DNA of 32,000 bases, taken from Candidatus Saccharimonas aalborgensis (lineage in GTDB: Bacteria > Patescibacteriota > Saccharimonadia > Saccharimonadales > Saccharimonadaceae). The stretch spans positions 210,001-242,000 of the forward strand of contig NC_021219.1 of assembly GCF_000392435.1 (NCBI RefSeq), read 5' to 3'. The notes beneath the pieces are model-generated. The model had not been told where the DNA came from and searched no databases. It saw only the letters and a list, made by a program, of their open reading frames with translations. Below are positions 11,743 through 21,286 of this stretch, one piece after another. The position numbers were made by a program, and so were the translations under genes. How positions within the stretch are numbered: the stretch's first letter is position 1; every line of letters starts with the position of its first letter.

Positions 11743-13536
11743 TTACGGTGTTTTGTAAACCATGTCACTCTCAACTGTCCAATAGATGACAGTTGAGAGC
11801 CGATCGGTAGAGGTAACAAGTTTTGCGTTACTACGGACTGTTTGTGCATTTTTGTTTGATACATACTCAGCAACGGGTTGGTAAAGACCGATCGCTGGCG
11901 CATCCTCTATCCACTGCCGCGCAAACTGCTTGTACTTAGCATTACGTAGATCGGGTTCGAGACGAGACCGCGCACTTGCTAAACTTGCGTCTGCTGTCTT
12001 GTTACTGTAGCTGGTGAAATTGTATCCCGATGGTCCCGCCTGCGATGAATGCCAGTACGCATAGACATCAGGGTCAGCACCGATGGAAAGCTGGTAGAGT
12101 AACACGTCAAAGTTTCTTCCCTGCAACGTATCTTGCACAAAGGTTGATGATACAGTTGCAGTGTCAACGGTACGTGTATTGACTTTTATACCAAGTGCCT
12201 GCCATTGCCGCACTATTTCTTTGAGTACCACTCCATACTCGCTACTTTTCGTTGTTGTGATGTTGAGCTCAAGCGGCTTGCCATCTTTGACACGATACGA
12301 ACCCTCTGCTTTCCAGCCAGCTTCGTCCAGTAGTGCTTTCGCTTTTGTTAGATCGGTTTTTGGTGCATGCGGAATATCCGCTCCCGTCAGCTGCCCATCA
12401 ATAAATGGCGAATCGAGTGAAAGTGTTCCCTCACCTAATCTCGCGCGAATGGCTTCAGTATCTGTTGCATACTGAAGTGCTTTTCTCACCTTGCCATCAC
12501 GTAGTACCGGGTGAGTGGTGTTGAGGAGCAGATAAACACCGCTATCGAGCGATTGAGGTGCCACAGTGTAGCTGTTTGGTATTTGCGAACGAGAGGCAAT
12601 AGAAATGTCCGCCGCACCATTGACCTCACCTGATTTTAAGGCACTCAGTATTGCTTCTTCGCTTGTGTATGCCTGCACTTCAAACCTATCTAGTTTCGGT
12701 TGCCCGCGATAATAGTTTTTATTTGCCTCAAGTGTGACACGCCTCGTTCCCGTTAGTACATCCGCTGACTGGAGAGACTTGAAACGGAATGGTCCACTTC
12801 CCACCGGCGACTGACTAAATATGTTTTCCCGAACCGCACCCGGACTCACGCTCGACAAGATATGCTCAGGCAGCACAGGAAAGGTGAGCGCATACGGAAA
12901 GGCGGCATAGACTGTTGGTAGTGAAAATTGCACCGTTGTCGCATCGATCGCCTGTACCGATACGTCAAGCCAGTTGATCCTGAGCGAAGAGCGAGAGAGG
13001 GGGTTTTTGATGAGATTTATAGTAAATACTATGTCTTTTGCCGTCAAGGGCGCACCATCATGCCATGTTACATTTGGTCTGAGTTTGATGGTATATTGCT
13101 TTCCTGTTGAATCCACTTGCAGCGAAGCGGCTATGTCCTGGTGCAAACTACCCGTTTCATCATAATCATATAAGCTCGAGAATACTAAACGACCAACGGT
13201 TGCTTCGGCACTTGACGAAATATAGAGTGGATTGAGCGTCGTAATCGGCCCGAGTGAAGCTTCAACGTAGCTTCCACCCCCCTGCCGTGCAGAAACCATG
13301 TAATTTGACTGTCCCCACATCCACTGAAGTCCCAAGCCGGCAATGATAAACCCCATCATAGTAAGCCAGAGGGTAATTTGGCGTCGAACAGCGCGTACGT
13401 TTTGAATACGACGAATAATAAAACGATGAGCATGTCGACGTGTTGTCCCTTCGATGCGTCGAGCCCGCCGAGCCAACGCCTTACGATCAAGACGTATTCG
13501 CCTAAACTGATTCCACCCCTGTTTATCTTTATTCAC
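11743..13536 (-). CDS. ABC transporter substrate-binding protein, family 5 (Opp/Dpp/Nik-like), membrane-anchored
   Basis: ~600 aa with typical SBP_bac_5 blocks (LV..D..G......LA........G..YTIKLRPNVTWHDG.PLTAKDVVF, NP.Y..G.PKLD). GTG start with an AAGGGA SD. The N-terminus is an Arg-rich segment followed by one TM helix, with no lipobox. Confidence 0.85.
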   Translation of the reverse strand: MNKDKQGWNQFRRIRLDRKALARRARRIEGTTRRHAHRFIIRRIQNVRAVRRQITLWLTMMGFIIAGLGLQWMWGQSNYMVSARQGGGSYVEASLGPITTLNPLYISSSAEATVGRLVFSSLYDYDETGSLHQDIAASLQVDSTGKQYTIKLRPNVTWHDGAPLTAKDIVFTINLIKNPLSRSSLRINWLDVSVQAIDATTVQFSLPTVYAAFPYALTFPVLPEHILSSVSPGAVRENIFSQSPVGSGPFRFKSLQSADVLTGTRRVTLEANKNYYRGQPKLDRFEVQAYTSEEAILSALKSGEVNGAADISIASRSQIPNSYTVAPQSLDSGVYLLLNTTHPVLRDGKVRKALQYATDTEAIRARLGEGTLSLDSPFIDGQLTGADIPHAPKTDLTKAKALLDEAGWKAEGSYRVKDGKPLELNITTTKSSEYGVVLKEIVRQWQALGIKVNTRTVDTATVSSTFVQDTLQGRNFDVLLYQLSIGADPDVYAYWHSSQAGPSGYNFTSYSNKTADASLASARSRLEPDLRNAKYKQFARQWIEDAPAIGLYQPVAEYVSNKNAQTVRSNAKLVTSTDRLSTVIYWTVESDMVYKTP

Positions 13537-13545
13537 GTGGTTCCC

Positions 13546-13779
13546 TTACCTAAATGATGGCAGAAGTAGTCCGGCCAGGATAGAGGCGACGAACGTAATC
13601 GCTAAAAAGATAGTTACTTCAAATAGATTTTTGTCTAAGCCGCGCCGCGTAGTATATAACTCCCCCGAACCTCCAAATCCAGCACCTAGGCTCGCGCCGC
13701 GTTGCTGAAGTAAAATGGCAAGCGACATAAGAATTGCCGACCCAACGGTAATACTTTGCAAAATACTGTCAAGACTCAT
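13546..13779 (-). CDS. secG: preprotein translocase subunit SecG
   Basis: 77 aa, two TM helices, LLQQRGASLGAGFGGSG..TRRGLDK..TIFLAI motif pattern typical of SecG. Confidence 0.85.
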   Translation of the reverse strand: MSLDSILQSITVGSAILMSLAILLQQRGASLGAGFGGSGELYTTRRGLDKNLFEVTIFLAITFVASILAGLLLPSFR

Positions 13780-14172
13780 TTATTGCTCCTTTCGCATATT
13801 CGAATACTCTAGTTCGAGCACGCTACTTACTACATAGTTTACCAGACTTAGTACCAATCCTGTAAGAACCGAGTGCCAAAATGTCATCTGTAGACCTGGA
13901 GCGAGCTTTAGTGATATCCAGACCATAAACCCGTTGACAATAATAGTGAACAGACCGAGCGTCAATAAGATTGCAGGAAGTGCCAAAATTATGACAATCG
14001 GTTTTAGGATGGCATTGACAACTGAAAATATTAGTCCGGCCAACAAAAAGACAGCGACCCCGGCATCAATCTCAGCTCCGCTATAGCCCGTGCCAAACAC
14101 TCTCACGGCGATCCAAAGCCCAAAGGAATTAAGTATCCAACGGATGGCAAACATCATCATTTGTTGTTTCAT
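13780..14172 (-). CDS. YvlD/DUF360 (phage holin 4_2 family) membrane protein
   Basis: 130 aa, four TM helices, N.LKPI..IL.LP....TLGLF..I.N characteristic block. Abuts the secG start with zero gap. Confidence 0.7.
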   Translation of the reverse strand: MKQQMMMFAIRWILNSFGLWIAVRVFGTGYSGAEIDAGVAVFLLAGLIFSVVNAILKPIVIILALPAILLTLGLFTIIVNGFMVWISLKLAPGLQMTFWHSVLTGLVLSLVNYVVSSVLELEYSNMRKEQ

Positions 14173-14198
14173 AGTCTCCGTATGAGTATAGCGTTTTT

Positions 14199-15392
14199 CT
14201 ACAAACTTGTCGACAAGGCGCGACTCAAGTTTTCATGTCCATCGGCGGTTATCAGGATATCATCCTCGATTCTCACCCCGATATGTTCCTCTTCGATATA
14301 AATACCAGGTTCAACCGTCAGCACCATGCCGGGTTGAAAATAGCGCGGTGCCCCAAGGCTATCATGAACATCAATGCCTAGACCGTGACTGATAGCATGA
14401 GGGAAATATTTTCGGTACGTCTCAGTGTCATCCCGATTTTTGAGCAAGCCAACCTCACCGAGAGCATCTTTCATAATCTCATCAACTTGACGTAAATAGT
14501 CTGCAATAAGCAAGTCTGGTCTGAGTAGTGCAATAATTCGGCGATGCGCATTCTCGACCGCTGCATGTACTTGCTGCTGACGCTTTGTCGGTTTCAGACA
14601 ATACGTCCTCGTAATGTCAGCCGCGTAACCATCAACCCGCGCACCGACATCGATCAGTAATGCCTGATTTTTCATTATTCTGCCACTGTTTTCGACATAA
14701 TGAAGCGTCACTGCGTGGCTTCCGCCGGCGATAATTGGTTGATAGGCGTGTGCTGCGTTTGCCCGACGAAATGCCCTCGTCATATCAGCCTCAACCTCAT
14801 ATTCATAGCGGTATTCTTCGAGTTGCGCACGGACAGCGGTAAAGGCCATGATTGTTAACTTCACCGCTCGACGAATTGCCGCAATCTCCTCAGGCGATTT
14901 GATCGCTCGAAGTCGAGCCAGTTGATCACTGCAGTCTACTACCTTGGGAAATATTCGGCAAAGCAGAGAATGTAGCTCAGCTGGTGCTGGGTTCATAACA
15001 AAATGATGCGGATGTGGTCGATACGGTGTATAAGCAATTGTATGCTGACGGCTCAGCTGGCGTAGTCTTGTTTCAAAATCTGTTTCGTCAATGATCTCAT
15101 TTGCTCCAGTTGTCTCGAGCAAGGCTTCTTCGTCTGTCTTACCATCAAATATAACTTCCGCTTCCGACCGAGACGGTCTCACCAACACCACATGCTGACG
15201 TATGCCGTCAATAATCACTTTCCACCCAGGTAACGTAATTCCTGTAAGCCACAGAAAATTAGCTTCCTGTAGGAATGGTGCTACCATATCGTTACTTAAT
15301 TGCACTTGGTCATACGATGAAACTACGACAAGCCCTCCGGACAACTGCGCGGTTAGTTGCTCGTGTCTTTTTTTTATCTTCTCACTATCCAT
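14199..15392 (-). CDS. pepP: M24B Xaa-Pro aminopeptidase
   Basis: Pita-bread fold metal ligands: DVGARVDGYAADITRT, HGLGIDVHD, VEPGIY, GVRIEDD. Confidence 0.9.
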   Translation of the reverse strand: MDSEKIKKRHEQLTAQLSGGLVVVSSYDQVQLSNDMVAPFLQEANFLWLTGITLPGWKVIIDGIRQHVVLVRPSRSEAEVIFDGKTDEEALLETTGANEIIDETDFETRLRQLSRQHTIAYTPYRPHPHHFVMNPAPAELHSLLCRIFPKVVDCSDQLARLRAIKSPEEIAAIRRAVKLTIMAFTAVRAQLEEYRYEYEVEADMTRAFRRANAAHAYQPIIAGGSHAVTLHYVENSGRIMKNQALLIDVGARVDGYAADITRTYCLKPTKRQQQVHAAVENAHRRIIALLRPDLLIADYLRQVDEIMKDALGEVGLLKNRDDTETYRKYFPHAISHGLGIDVHDSLGAPRYFQPGMVLTVEPGIYIEEEHIGVRIEDDILITADGHENLSRALSTSL

Positions 15393-15456
15393 TTATTAAC
15401 TGCTGCGTAACTCAACTTCTGCTGGTTGGCTAAAGATACTGAGTATCTCATTTATT

Positions 15457-16281
15457 CTAATTTTTGGTAAATATTACCTTTGAATATCCACCGTTAATGT
15501 TTGCTTGTACCTGAGGGTTACTTACCGATGCTGAGTATGCTTCAAAGGTCGCTACCGTGCCCACCGGGCTAGTATTTCCAGGTGTGATACGCACCTGATA
15601 TGTCCAGCCAGCTGATGAAGTCGTCATCGAAACAGTATTTGTAGTTGTCCACGTAGTACCTCCATCTATGGACATCTCAAGAGGACCAGTAGTTCTCAGC
15701 TGAAACACTGTTGTACCACACAGGATTGTTAGCTCAGTGCAGCCAGCGGTAGAGTTTATATTAATCGTCGTCCCAAGTGCTAAATTGGTAACTGCTGGCT
15801 TCAATATAGCCAAATCTACACGTGCACCCCAGCCACTACCTGTATATCCAAAGACAAGATCGGATGTACCAGAAGGAGGCATCGTTATCTGCCACGCACC
15901 AGGAACTATTACTCCACCCGCACAGGTACCATACTGAGGAGTTTGGTACTTATCTGAAACAAACATTTTAACCGTAGGCACTGCCACACTAACCCCTTCG
16001 ACACAATATGTAGAGCTGGTACCTGAAATGTAGGTGACCGTCACACCAGAGTTTATCGTCACATCAGTTGGTATAGACGTTGGAAAAGCATTATCAAAAT
16101 TCCGGGCATTTTTCATCCCATCGGCAACAGAGGACAATGCGCTCCTTACTTCTGCTACAGCAGTACGTTGTCGCCAAGACCCAAAAGCGAAAATTACTAT
16201 ACCCGCAAGTATAGTAATCACGGCGATCATTATAAGTAACTCAACTATTGTAAATCCATGCTGCTTGTGGTTAGTTTTCAT
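15457..16281 (-). CDS. type IV pilin-like protein (prepilin N-terminal cleavage/methylation domain) with large C-terminal extension
   Basis: N-terminus KQHG|FTIVELLIMIAVITILAGIV (class III signal, Glu5). Four Cys; the C-terminal ~150 aa are Thr/Ser/Gly-rich and beta-like. Confidence 0.85.
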   Translation of the reverse strand: MKTNHKQHGFTIVELLIMIAVITILAGIVIFAFGSWRQRTAVAEVRSALSSVADGMKNARNFDNAFPTSIPTDVTINSGVTVTYISGTSSTYCVEGVSVAVPTVKMFVSDKYQTPQYGTCAGGVIVPGAWQITMPPSGTSDLVFGYTGSGWGARVDLAILKPAVTNLALGTTININSTAGCTELTILCGTTVFQLRTTGPLEMSIDGGTTWTTTNTVSMTTSSAGWTYQVRITPGNTSPVGTVATFEAYSASVSNPQVQANINGGYSKVIFTKN

Positions 16282-16300
16282 ACAATTACTATAGCACTCC

Positions 16301-17779
16301 TCATGACTTTACAAAAGAAATGATTCTCTGTGCTAACTTGTCGCCAACAACTTGAGTGATATCTGTCTGGCTCGCTTGCTCGATACCTCGCAGGCTACCA
16401 AAAGCTTTGATCAGCTTCTTGCGTGTCACCGGGCCAATGCCAGGAATATCCTCGAGTGTACTTTTGGTTTGTGAGGTACGCTTAAGGGTCGTATGGTATG
16501 TCACAGCAAAACGATGCGACTCATCCCTAATGCGTTGTAAAAGTTTAACGATATGGGAGCTGTGAGGAAGACTGATTAGGGTAAACTTGTCACTCGTCAT
16601 AGTATGACCGTCCAATCTCTCGAGTACCTTATGGTCGAGCCTCACGCGAGATCTCTCGAGGTGTACGACTATCTCTTCGTGCTGTTTAGCTAAGCCGATC
16701 ATTGGTATCGTGAGACCTGCCTGATCCCGCGCAGTAATCGCCGAATCAAGCTGACCCTTACCACCATCAATCAAACAGATGTCCGGAAGTTTCCACCGAG
16801 AACGATTTTTTTCACTAAACCGACGCGACAAGGTCTCAAACATATTTGCGAAATCATTGTTTTGCTCCTTGTGCATTTTGAACTTTCGATACTCAGTACG
16901 ATCACTAACGCCGTTTGTAAATACCACCATACTCGCGACAACATTTGTGCCACTCATATGGCTAATGTCGTATCCCTCCACTCGTGCCGGTATCGACGCT
17001 AGCCCCAAAAGTAATCGTAGATCATCGAGCGCCCTGTCCTTGCTGATATCCAAGAATTCTTTGTCGCCAAACATAATACGCCGCTGCAATTCTCGCAGAT
17101 ATCCGAGCCTATTGCGCAATTCGGCAGCAATCTCAAATTGCTGCTGCCGTGCGGCGCGATTCATGTCTCGCTCGAGTTCGCGAGTGATAGTTAACTTATC
17201 GCCCTCAATGTATCGTATGAGCTTTTTAAGACTAGATTTATATTCTTGGCTTGTCATATCGGAGCGCGGACTCAGCCCCAGATGAACATCAAAGTCGACG
17301 CGGTGTGTACCCGGCGGTTTCGTATAATACGGAAACACTTTTCGCAGGTATCGAAGAGCTTTTTTGAGAGCATGGCCATTATAGAATGGTCCGATGTACC
17401 GAGCCTTGTCGTCAGCTGGATTGCGCGTAAAACTGACATGTGGCCACTCGCTTTTTATGTCAATACGGACATACAGTTGGGACTTGTCGTCGCGAAGCAA
17501 GATATTGTAACGAGGCATGTAGCGCTTTACCATTTCGCTTTCCAAAAACAGAGCATCAATTTCGCTGTCCGTCTCAATCCAGTCGGTATCCTCTATCTCC
17601 GCCACCAGCGCACGCGTTTTGGCATCGATATCTCGATTTGCCTGGAAATACTGCCGGACACGATTTTTTAAGACCGCCGCTTTTCCCACATAAATCACTT
17701 CTCCAGAGGTTGATTTATGAAAGTACACCCCAGGGGAATTGGGAAGGTTTTTTAACTTTTGCGCGAGACTGGTGTTCAT
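16301..17779 (-). CDS. uvrC: excinuclease ABC subunit C (compact, 492 aa)
   Basis: GIY-YIG (GVYFHKS..GEVIYVGKA..L..RV..Y), UVR motif (FEIAAELRNRL), RNase H-like endonuclease region, C-terminal (HhH)2 (IPGIGPVTRKKLIKAFGS). Confidence 0.95.
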   Translation of the reverse strand: MNTSLAQKLKNLPNSPGVYFHKSTSGEVIYVGKAAVLKNRVRQYFQANRDIDAKTRALVAEIEDTDWIETDSEIDALFLESEMVKRYMPRYNILLRDDKSQLYVRIDIKSEWPHVSFTRNPADDKARYIGPFYNGHALKKALRYLRKVFPYYTKPPGTHRVDFDVHLGLSPRSDMTSQEYKSSLKKLIRYIEGDKLTITRELERDMNRAARQQQFEIAAELRNRLGYLRELQRRIMFGDKEFLDISKDRALDDLRLLLGLASIPARVEGYDISHMSGTNVVASMVVFTNGVSDRTEYRKFKMHKEQNNDFANMFETLSRRFSEKNRSRWKLPDICLIDGGKGQLDSAITARDQAGLTIPMIGLAKQHEEIVVHLERSRVRLDHKVLERLDGHTMTSDKFTLISLPHSSHIVKLLQRIRDESHRFAVTYHTTLKRTSQTKSTLEDIPGIGPVTRKKLIKAFGSLRGIEQASQTDITQVVGDKLAQRIISFVKS

Positions 17780-17812
17780 CCCACTAGTATAAGCCGAAGT
17801 GATCGCGGGGGT

Positions 17813-17995
17813 CTACTTTTTCTCGGCGCGCATCATACCAAGCGCCATACCGACAAATGCAGCTGATAACACCAAAAAAACTGATCCGACAGCATACTTT
17901 GATGCCAGCAGCGCAGTGCCGATTGGCAACATGGCGATGCCCAGTACCAATACAGCCGTTGAGTCTTGTGATGATTGCTTCTTATGCTTTTTCAT
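17813..17995 (-). CDS. small two-TM membrane protein, unknown function
   Basis: 60-aa ORF in otherwise empty intergenic space, with charged ends (MKKHKKQ / RAEKK) flanking two hydrophobic helices. Confidence 0.45.
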   Translation of the reverse strand: MKKHKKQSSQDSTAVLVLGIAMLPIGTALLASKYAVGSVFLVLSAAFVGMALGMMRAEKK

Positions 17996-18085
17996 ACATC
18001 AAAGTATATCACATGCTGTTGCCGACTGGCACTAGAGATCGTATAGTAGTCATATGAAGCAAGTGTATCTGGAGAATAATTTCGC

Positions 18086-19009
18086 GTGCTAAAACGCTAC
18101 TATCGAGCCATCGCCTCAAAAGACCTTGCCCTTCTGGGAGAGTATCGCGACAACGTATGGGTTCACTTGGAATCTCCCTCGCAAGATGAACTGGCTGAAG
18201 TTGTCGAACGATACGATCTCGTGCCTGGTCACCTAGAAGATGCGCTCGACGAAGACGAAGTGCCGCGGCTTGAATCAGAGGGCAAACAGACCTACATCTA
18301 TGTACGTTATGTGGTTCGTGAGCGAACTGGTGATTTTGAGACCTTTCCGTTGCTCATCATCCTGCTAGAGAACGCGCTTATCACCGTTTCATCACGGCAC
18401 GTTGCTCCGCTCGAGCCCCTTCTCTCTGGCAAGATTCCCTTCACCACCCGGGAACAGACGCGGCTGGTCTTGCTTATTATGCAGCGAATTACCGAGCAGT
18501 ACGACAGCTTAACAGACAAGACGAGTCGAAAAATAAAAGCAGTTCGGCAGCGATTGCGCACCCATGCAGTGAGCAACCAAGATTTTGTTGATTTTGTCTT
18601 GATCGAGGATGAATTAAATGAGTTTTTGAGCGCATTGCAGCCAAACAGCGCTGTGCTGAGGCGGCTTTTTGTCGGTCATCGTTTGGCAGAGCAAGACCGT
18701 GATCTCGTGGAAGATGCACTACTCATGAACGAGCAGTCGGTCGAAAAATGTAATGATAACATCAAGGCAATCGTTGGGGTGCGCAACGCGCATAGCTCCA
18801 TCAGCGACAACAGCCTCAACCAAACAATGAAAGTTCTCACTGTGGCTACACTCGCTATGGCAATTCCCAACATGATTTTTGGGGTATATAGCATGAATAT
18901 CGAGACACCATTTCAGCATGATACCGGTGCCTTCTGGATTATCCTTGGCATTACGACAATTGTGCTAACGATCGCAATGTGGCTTGGTCGTAAAAAGGGT
19001 ATTTTTTAG
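18086..19009 (+). CDS. corA: CorA-family divalent cation transporter (variant SMN signature)
   Basis: GTG start after GGAG. Cytoplasmic funnel domain plus two C-terminal TM helices. The signature position reads FGVYSMNIE instead of YGMNF. Confidence 0.85.
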   Translation: MLKRYYRAIASKDLALLGEYRDNVWVHLESPSQDELAEVVERYDLVPGHLEDALDEDEVPRLESEGKQTYIYVRYVVRERTGDFETFPLLIILLENALITVSSRHVAPLEPLLSGKIPFTTREQTRLVLLIMQRITEQYDSLTDKTSRKIKAVRQRLRTHAVSNQDFVDFVLIEDELNEFLSALQPNSAVLRRLFVGHRLAEQDRDLVEDALLMNEQSVEKCNDNIKAIVGVRNAHSSISDNSLNQTMKVLTVATLAMAIPNMIFGVYSMNIETPFQHDTGAFWIILGITTIVLTIAMWLGRKKGIF

Positions 19010-19013
19010 AAGT

Positions 19014-19241
19014 ATGAACAGAGCTTTACTTATCAAAATCGTCGATGTGGCAGCGAGTATTTATGGGCGCATGCTTCGCATTCTGTTGGGAGCATGGCTT
19101 GTATATACTGCGTTCGGAACTCTTCGAGACCCCTGGCAGTGGATAGTTGGCGACCTTGGCTTACTGTTGATCGTCTCTGGCCTACTGGGTGCCTGTCTGC
19201 TCAATAAGCTAATAGGCAAACCAATTATCACTCGTCGCTAA
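19014..19241 (+). CDS. small membrane protein, DUF2892/YgaP-like
   Basis: ATG 19014 lies 5 nt after the corA stop. Two TM helices with the R..LG......G....W...G..GL.L..SG..G.C pattern. Confidence 0.5.
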   Translation: MNRALLIKIVDVAASIYGRMLRILLGAWLVYTAFGTLRDPWQWIVGDLGLLLIVSGLLGACLLNKLIGKPIITRR

Positions 19242-19955
19242 TTACGTTTTTTTGATTGATAGATAGTACTGACGTTGAGTTTCAGGCAAGTGCTCAATAG
19301 CATAACGTAGTGCCGTCCGTGGCATACCGCGGGCATGACGGTCGAGAAAATCACGCAGCAGTTGCTCGTCACAGCGTTTGCCGACTTCGCGGAGTGTCCA
19401 GCCAACGGCTTTATGCATCAGGTCTTCGCGGTCACAGAGTAGCAGTTCGGCCAAGTCGAGTGAGGTACTTGCGTCACCACGAGCGATATAGGCAAATGTA
19501 CTAATGATACTGACGCGGCGCTCCCACAAGTTGTTGCTTTTCGCAAGTTCATACAGCTGTCCGCGATCGCCTTGTAGATGTTCACCAACGATCTGGCGAC
19601 AGGTAACATCGACAAGGTCCCAATTATTGATATTTCGCTTGGTTAGCTCCTGCATATAGAGGTCAAATATGTCATTTTTCGCTTGATTTGACGCACGCGG
19701 GTATTGGAGTGTCAATATGATAAGCCCTGCCATGCGGTGCTCGTGTAACGGGCTTTCGATGAGTTTTTGTACCTCCCCGAGCGATAACTGTCGAAACTCT
19801 TTGCAAACCTTCCGAATCATCGGCACCCGTACGCCTAGGAATTGATCACCCTCACCGTACTCCCCCGGCCCCGTCTTGAAAAACCATTGCAAATTCACTG
19901 CATCGGCATCACTGGTGTAGGCCTGAAGCATGGCCTTAACATCTTCAGCCTTCAT
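19242..19955 (-). CDS. DNA alkylation repair protein (AlkD/AlkC-like HEAT-repeat glycosylase family)
   Basis: N-terminal motif NLQWFFKTGPGEYGEGDQFLGVRVP.IRK and W.REV/HEAT-like repeats, ~235 aa. Confidence 0.8.
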   Translation of the reverse strand: MKAEDVKAMLQAYTSDADAVNLQWFFKTGPGEYGEGDQFLGVRVPMIRKVCKEFRQLSLGEVQKLIESPLHEHRMAGLIILTLQYPRASNQAKNDIFDLYMQELTKRNINNWDLVDVTCRQIVGEHLQGDRGQLYELAKSNNLWERRVSIISTFAYIARGDASTSLDLAELLLCDREDLMHKAVGWTLREVGKRCDEQLLRDFLDRHARGMPRTALRYAIEHLPETQRQYYLSIKKT

Positions 19956-20476
19956 TGCACCAGCTCTGCTAGTTTACGGGCGGTGTTCACGTTACGAATG
20001 GTCATCTGCTGGTACAGTGGCGTACCGACCGCCCTGAGCAAGCTGCTGCGATGTTGGTTTTTGCGCTCTACAGAGTACAGCAGCGCACCCTCTACATACA
20101 CCGCGGTTTCTATGTCTGCGTTGCAGCTGAGCTTCATGGTAATGGTCGCCTCATCGACCGCGGGGAACAGGTAGGCTACGTCTGACTTCTGTGTGGTGTC
20201 GTTTTGCCACCCTTCCGGAATCGCTTCGGCAATGCGGCAAATGTTGTTAGCGTCGAGAATAAGAAGCGGTATTTCAAACCCAAAGGCTGACAATAACGTA
20301 TTTTGAATAGCGCTCACATTTAGCTTCTTGAGCGATTCGAAAATGACATTGCCAGAGTTTATGTACGTCCTGACATCGCTAAAACCACATCGCTCAAACA
20401 CGGTCTTCAGCTCTGCCATCGACACCTTGCGGTTGCCCCCTACATTGATTCCGCGCAGCAACGCAACGTATTTCAT
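19952..20476 (-). CDS. DUF1697 domain protein
   Basis: MKYVALLRGINVGGNRKVSMAELK..F...GF..VRTYI.SGNVIF is the hallmark N-terminus. The stop overlaps the next gene's start (ATGA). Confidence 0.8.
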   Translation of the reverse strand: MKYVALLRGINVGGNRKVSMAELKTVFERCGFSDVRTYINSGNVIFESLKKLNVSAIQNTLLSAFGFEIPLLILDANNICRIAEAIPEGWQNDTTQKSDVAYLFPAVDEATITMKLSCNADIETAVYVEGALLYSVERKNQHRSSLLRAVGTPLYQQMTIRNVNTARKLAELVQ

Positions 20477-20533
20477 AATGATATAGTATAAGAGTTATAT
20501 CATTTCATTCAACCGTAATACGGAGAAAACACT

Positions 20534-21256
20534 TTGTCATTTTTACCCCTACTTCTGATCGCACTTGCCATATCGGCTTACTCAACCTACACCGGCGTCA
20601 AAGATTACGCCGAGCTCATACGCACAAAAGAAAGAAGCAGGTTATACCTGCGCTGGATTAGTCAGTCCTGGCTCATTTTTGCCCTCCCAGCAGCGACGCT
20701 TTTGCTGCTCGCTGGACACATCCACTATCTGTTTGAGCCGATTGCTCGCAGCGACAGCTCTGCATTCATCAGTCTGAGCGGCAATAGCGAACACGACACG
20801 AGCGTCATCATTGGCGTCGTGGTAGGGCTTCTCGTCGCAGCCTTCATTGTTGGCTGGCGAGTCAAACGTAGCCTAAAAAAGCGCCGCGAGGCACCGCAAG
20901 AAGCACTTATTCCTACTACAACCAAAGAGCGATGGTTGGCTGTCGGCATGTCGGTAACGGCCGGCATTACCGAAGAACTGTTTTTCCGCGCCATGCTGCC
21001 CGCGCTCCTTTTTCTTGTCACTGGCAACGCGGCCGTATCGATGGGTCTAGCGCTTCTTGTTTTTGGGATTGAGCATCTCTACGGTGGCTGGAAGGTTGTG
21101 CTTGCAACTACCGTCATTGGCTGGGTATTTCTGAAGCTTTTTATGAGCAGCGGAACTATTTTTGTACCTATGGCTGTCCATGCACTGCTCGATATTAACG
21201 GGCTCATTGTCATGCCATACCTTGCGAAAAAAGGCATATTTGGCAAACGCGCGTAA
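20534..21256 (+). CDS. CPBP-family intramembrane glutamic endopeptidase (CAAX protease/Abi)
   Basis: TTG start. Multi-TM protein with motif 1 EELFFR (GITEELFFRAMLP), a later H (IEHLYGG) and a final HALLD. Confidence 0.8.
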   Translation: MSFLPLLLIALAISAYSTYTGVKDYAELIRTKERSRLYLRWISQSWLIFALPAATLLLLAGHIHYLFEPIARSDSSAFISLSGNSEHDTSVIIGVVVGLLVAAFIVGWRVKRSLKKRREAPQEALIPTTTKERWLAVGMSVTAGITEELFFRAMLPALLFLVTGNAAVSMGLALLVFGIEHLYGGWKVVLATTVIGWVFLKLFMSSGTIFVPMAVHALLDINGLIVMPYLAKKGIFGKRA

Positions 21257-21286
21257 GACGCCTAAACCATGCGCTATACTGGTGGT

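Noticed and set aside
16779-17787. Plus-strand ORFs of 168, 141 and 115 aa opposite uvrC
   Set aside because: They lie antisense to a confidently identified gene and their translations are Ser/Arg-rich with no recognisable features.
19239-19244. Convergent genes ending back-to-back (TAATTA) with zero intergenic bases and no terminator hairpin
   Set aside because: This is a real but minor curiosity of a compact genome, with no evidence of regulatory significance.
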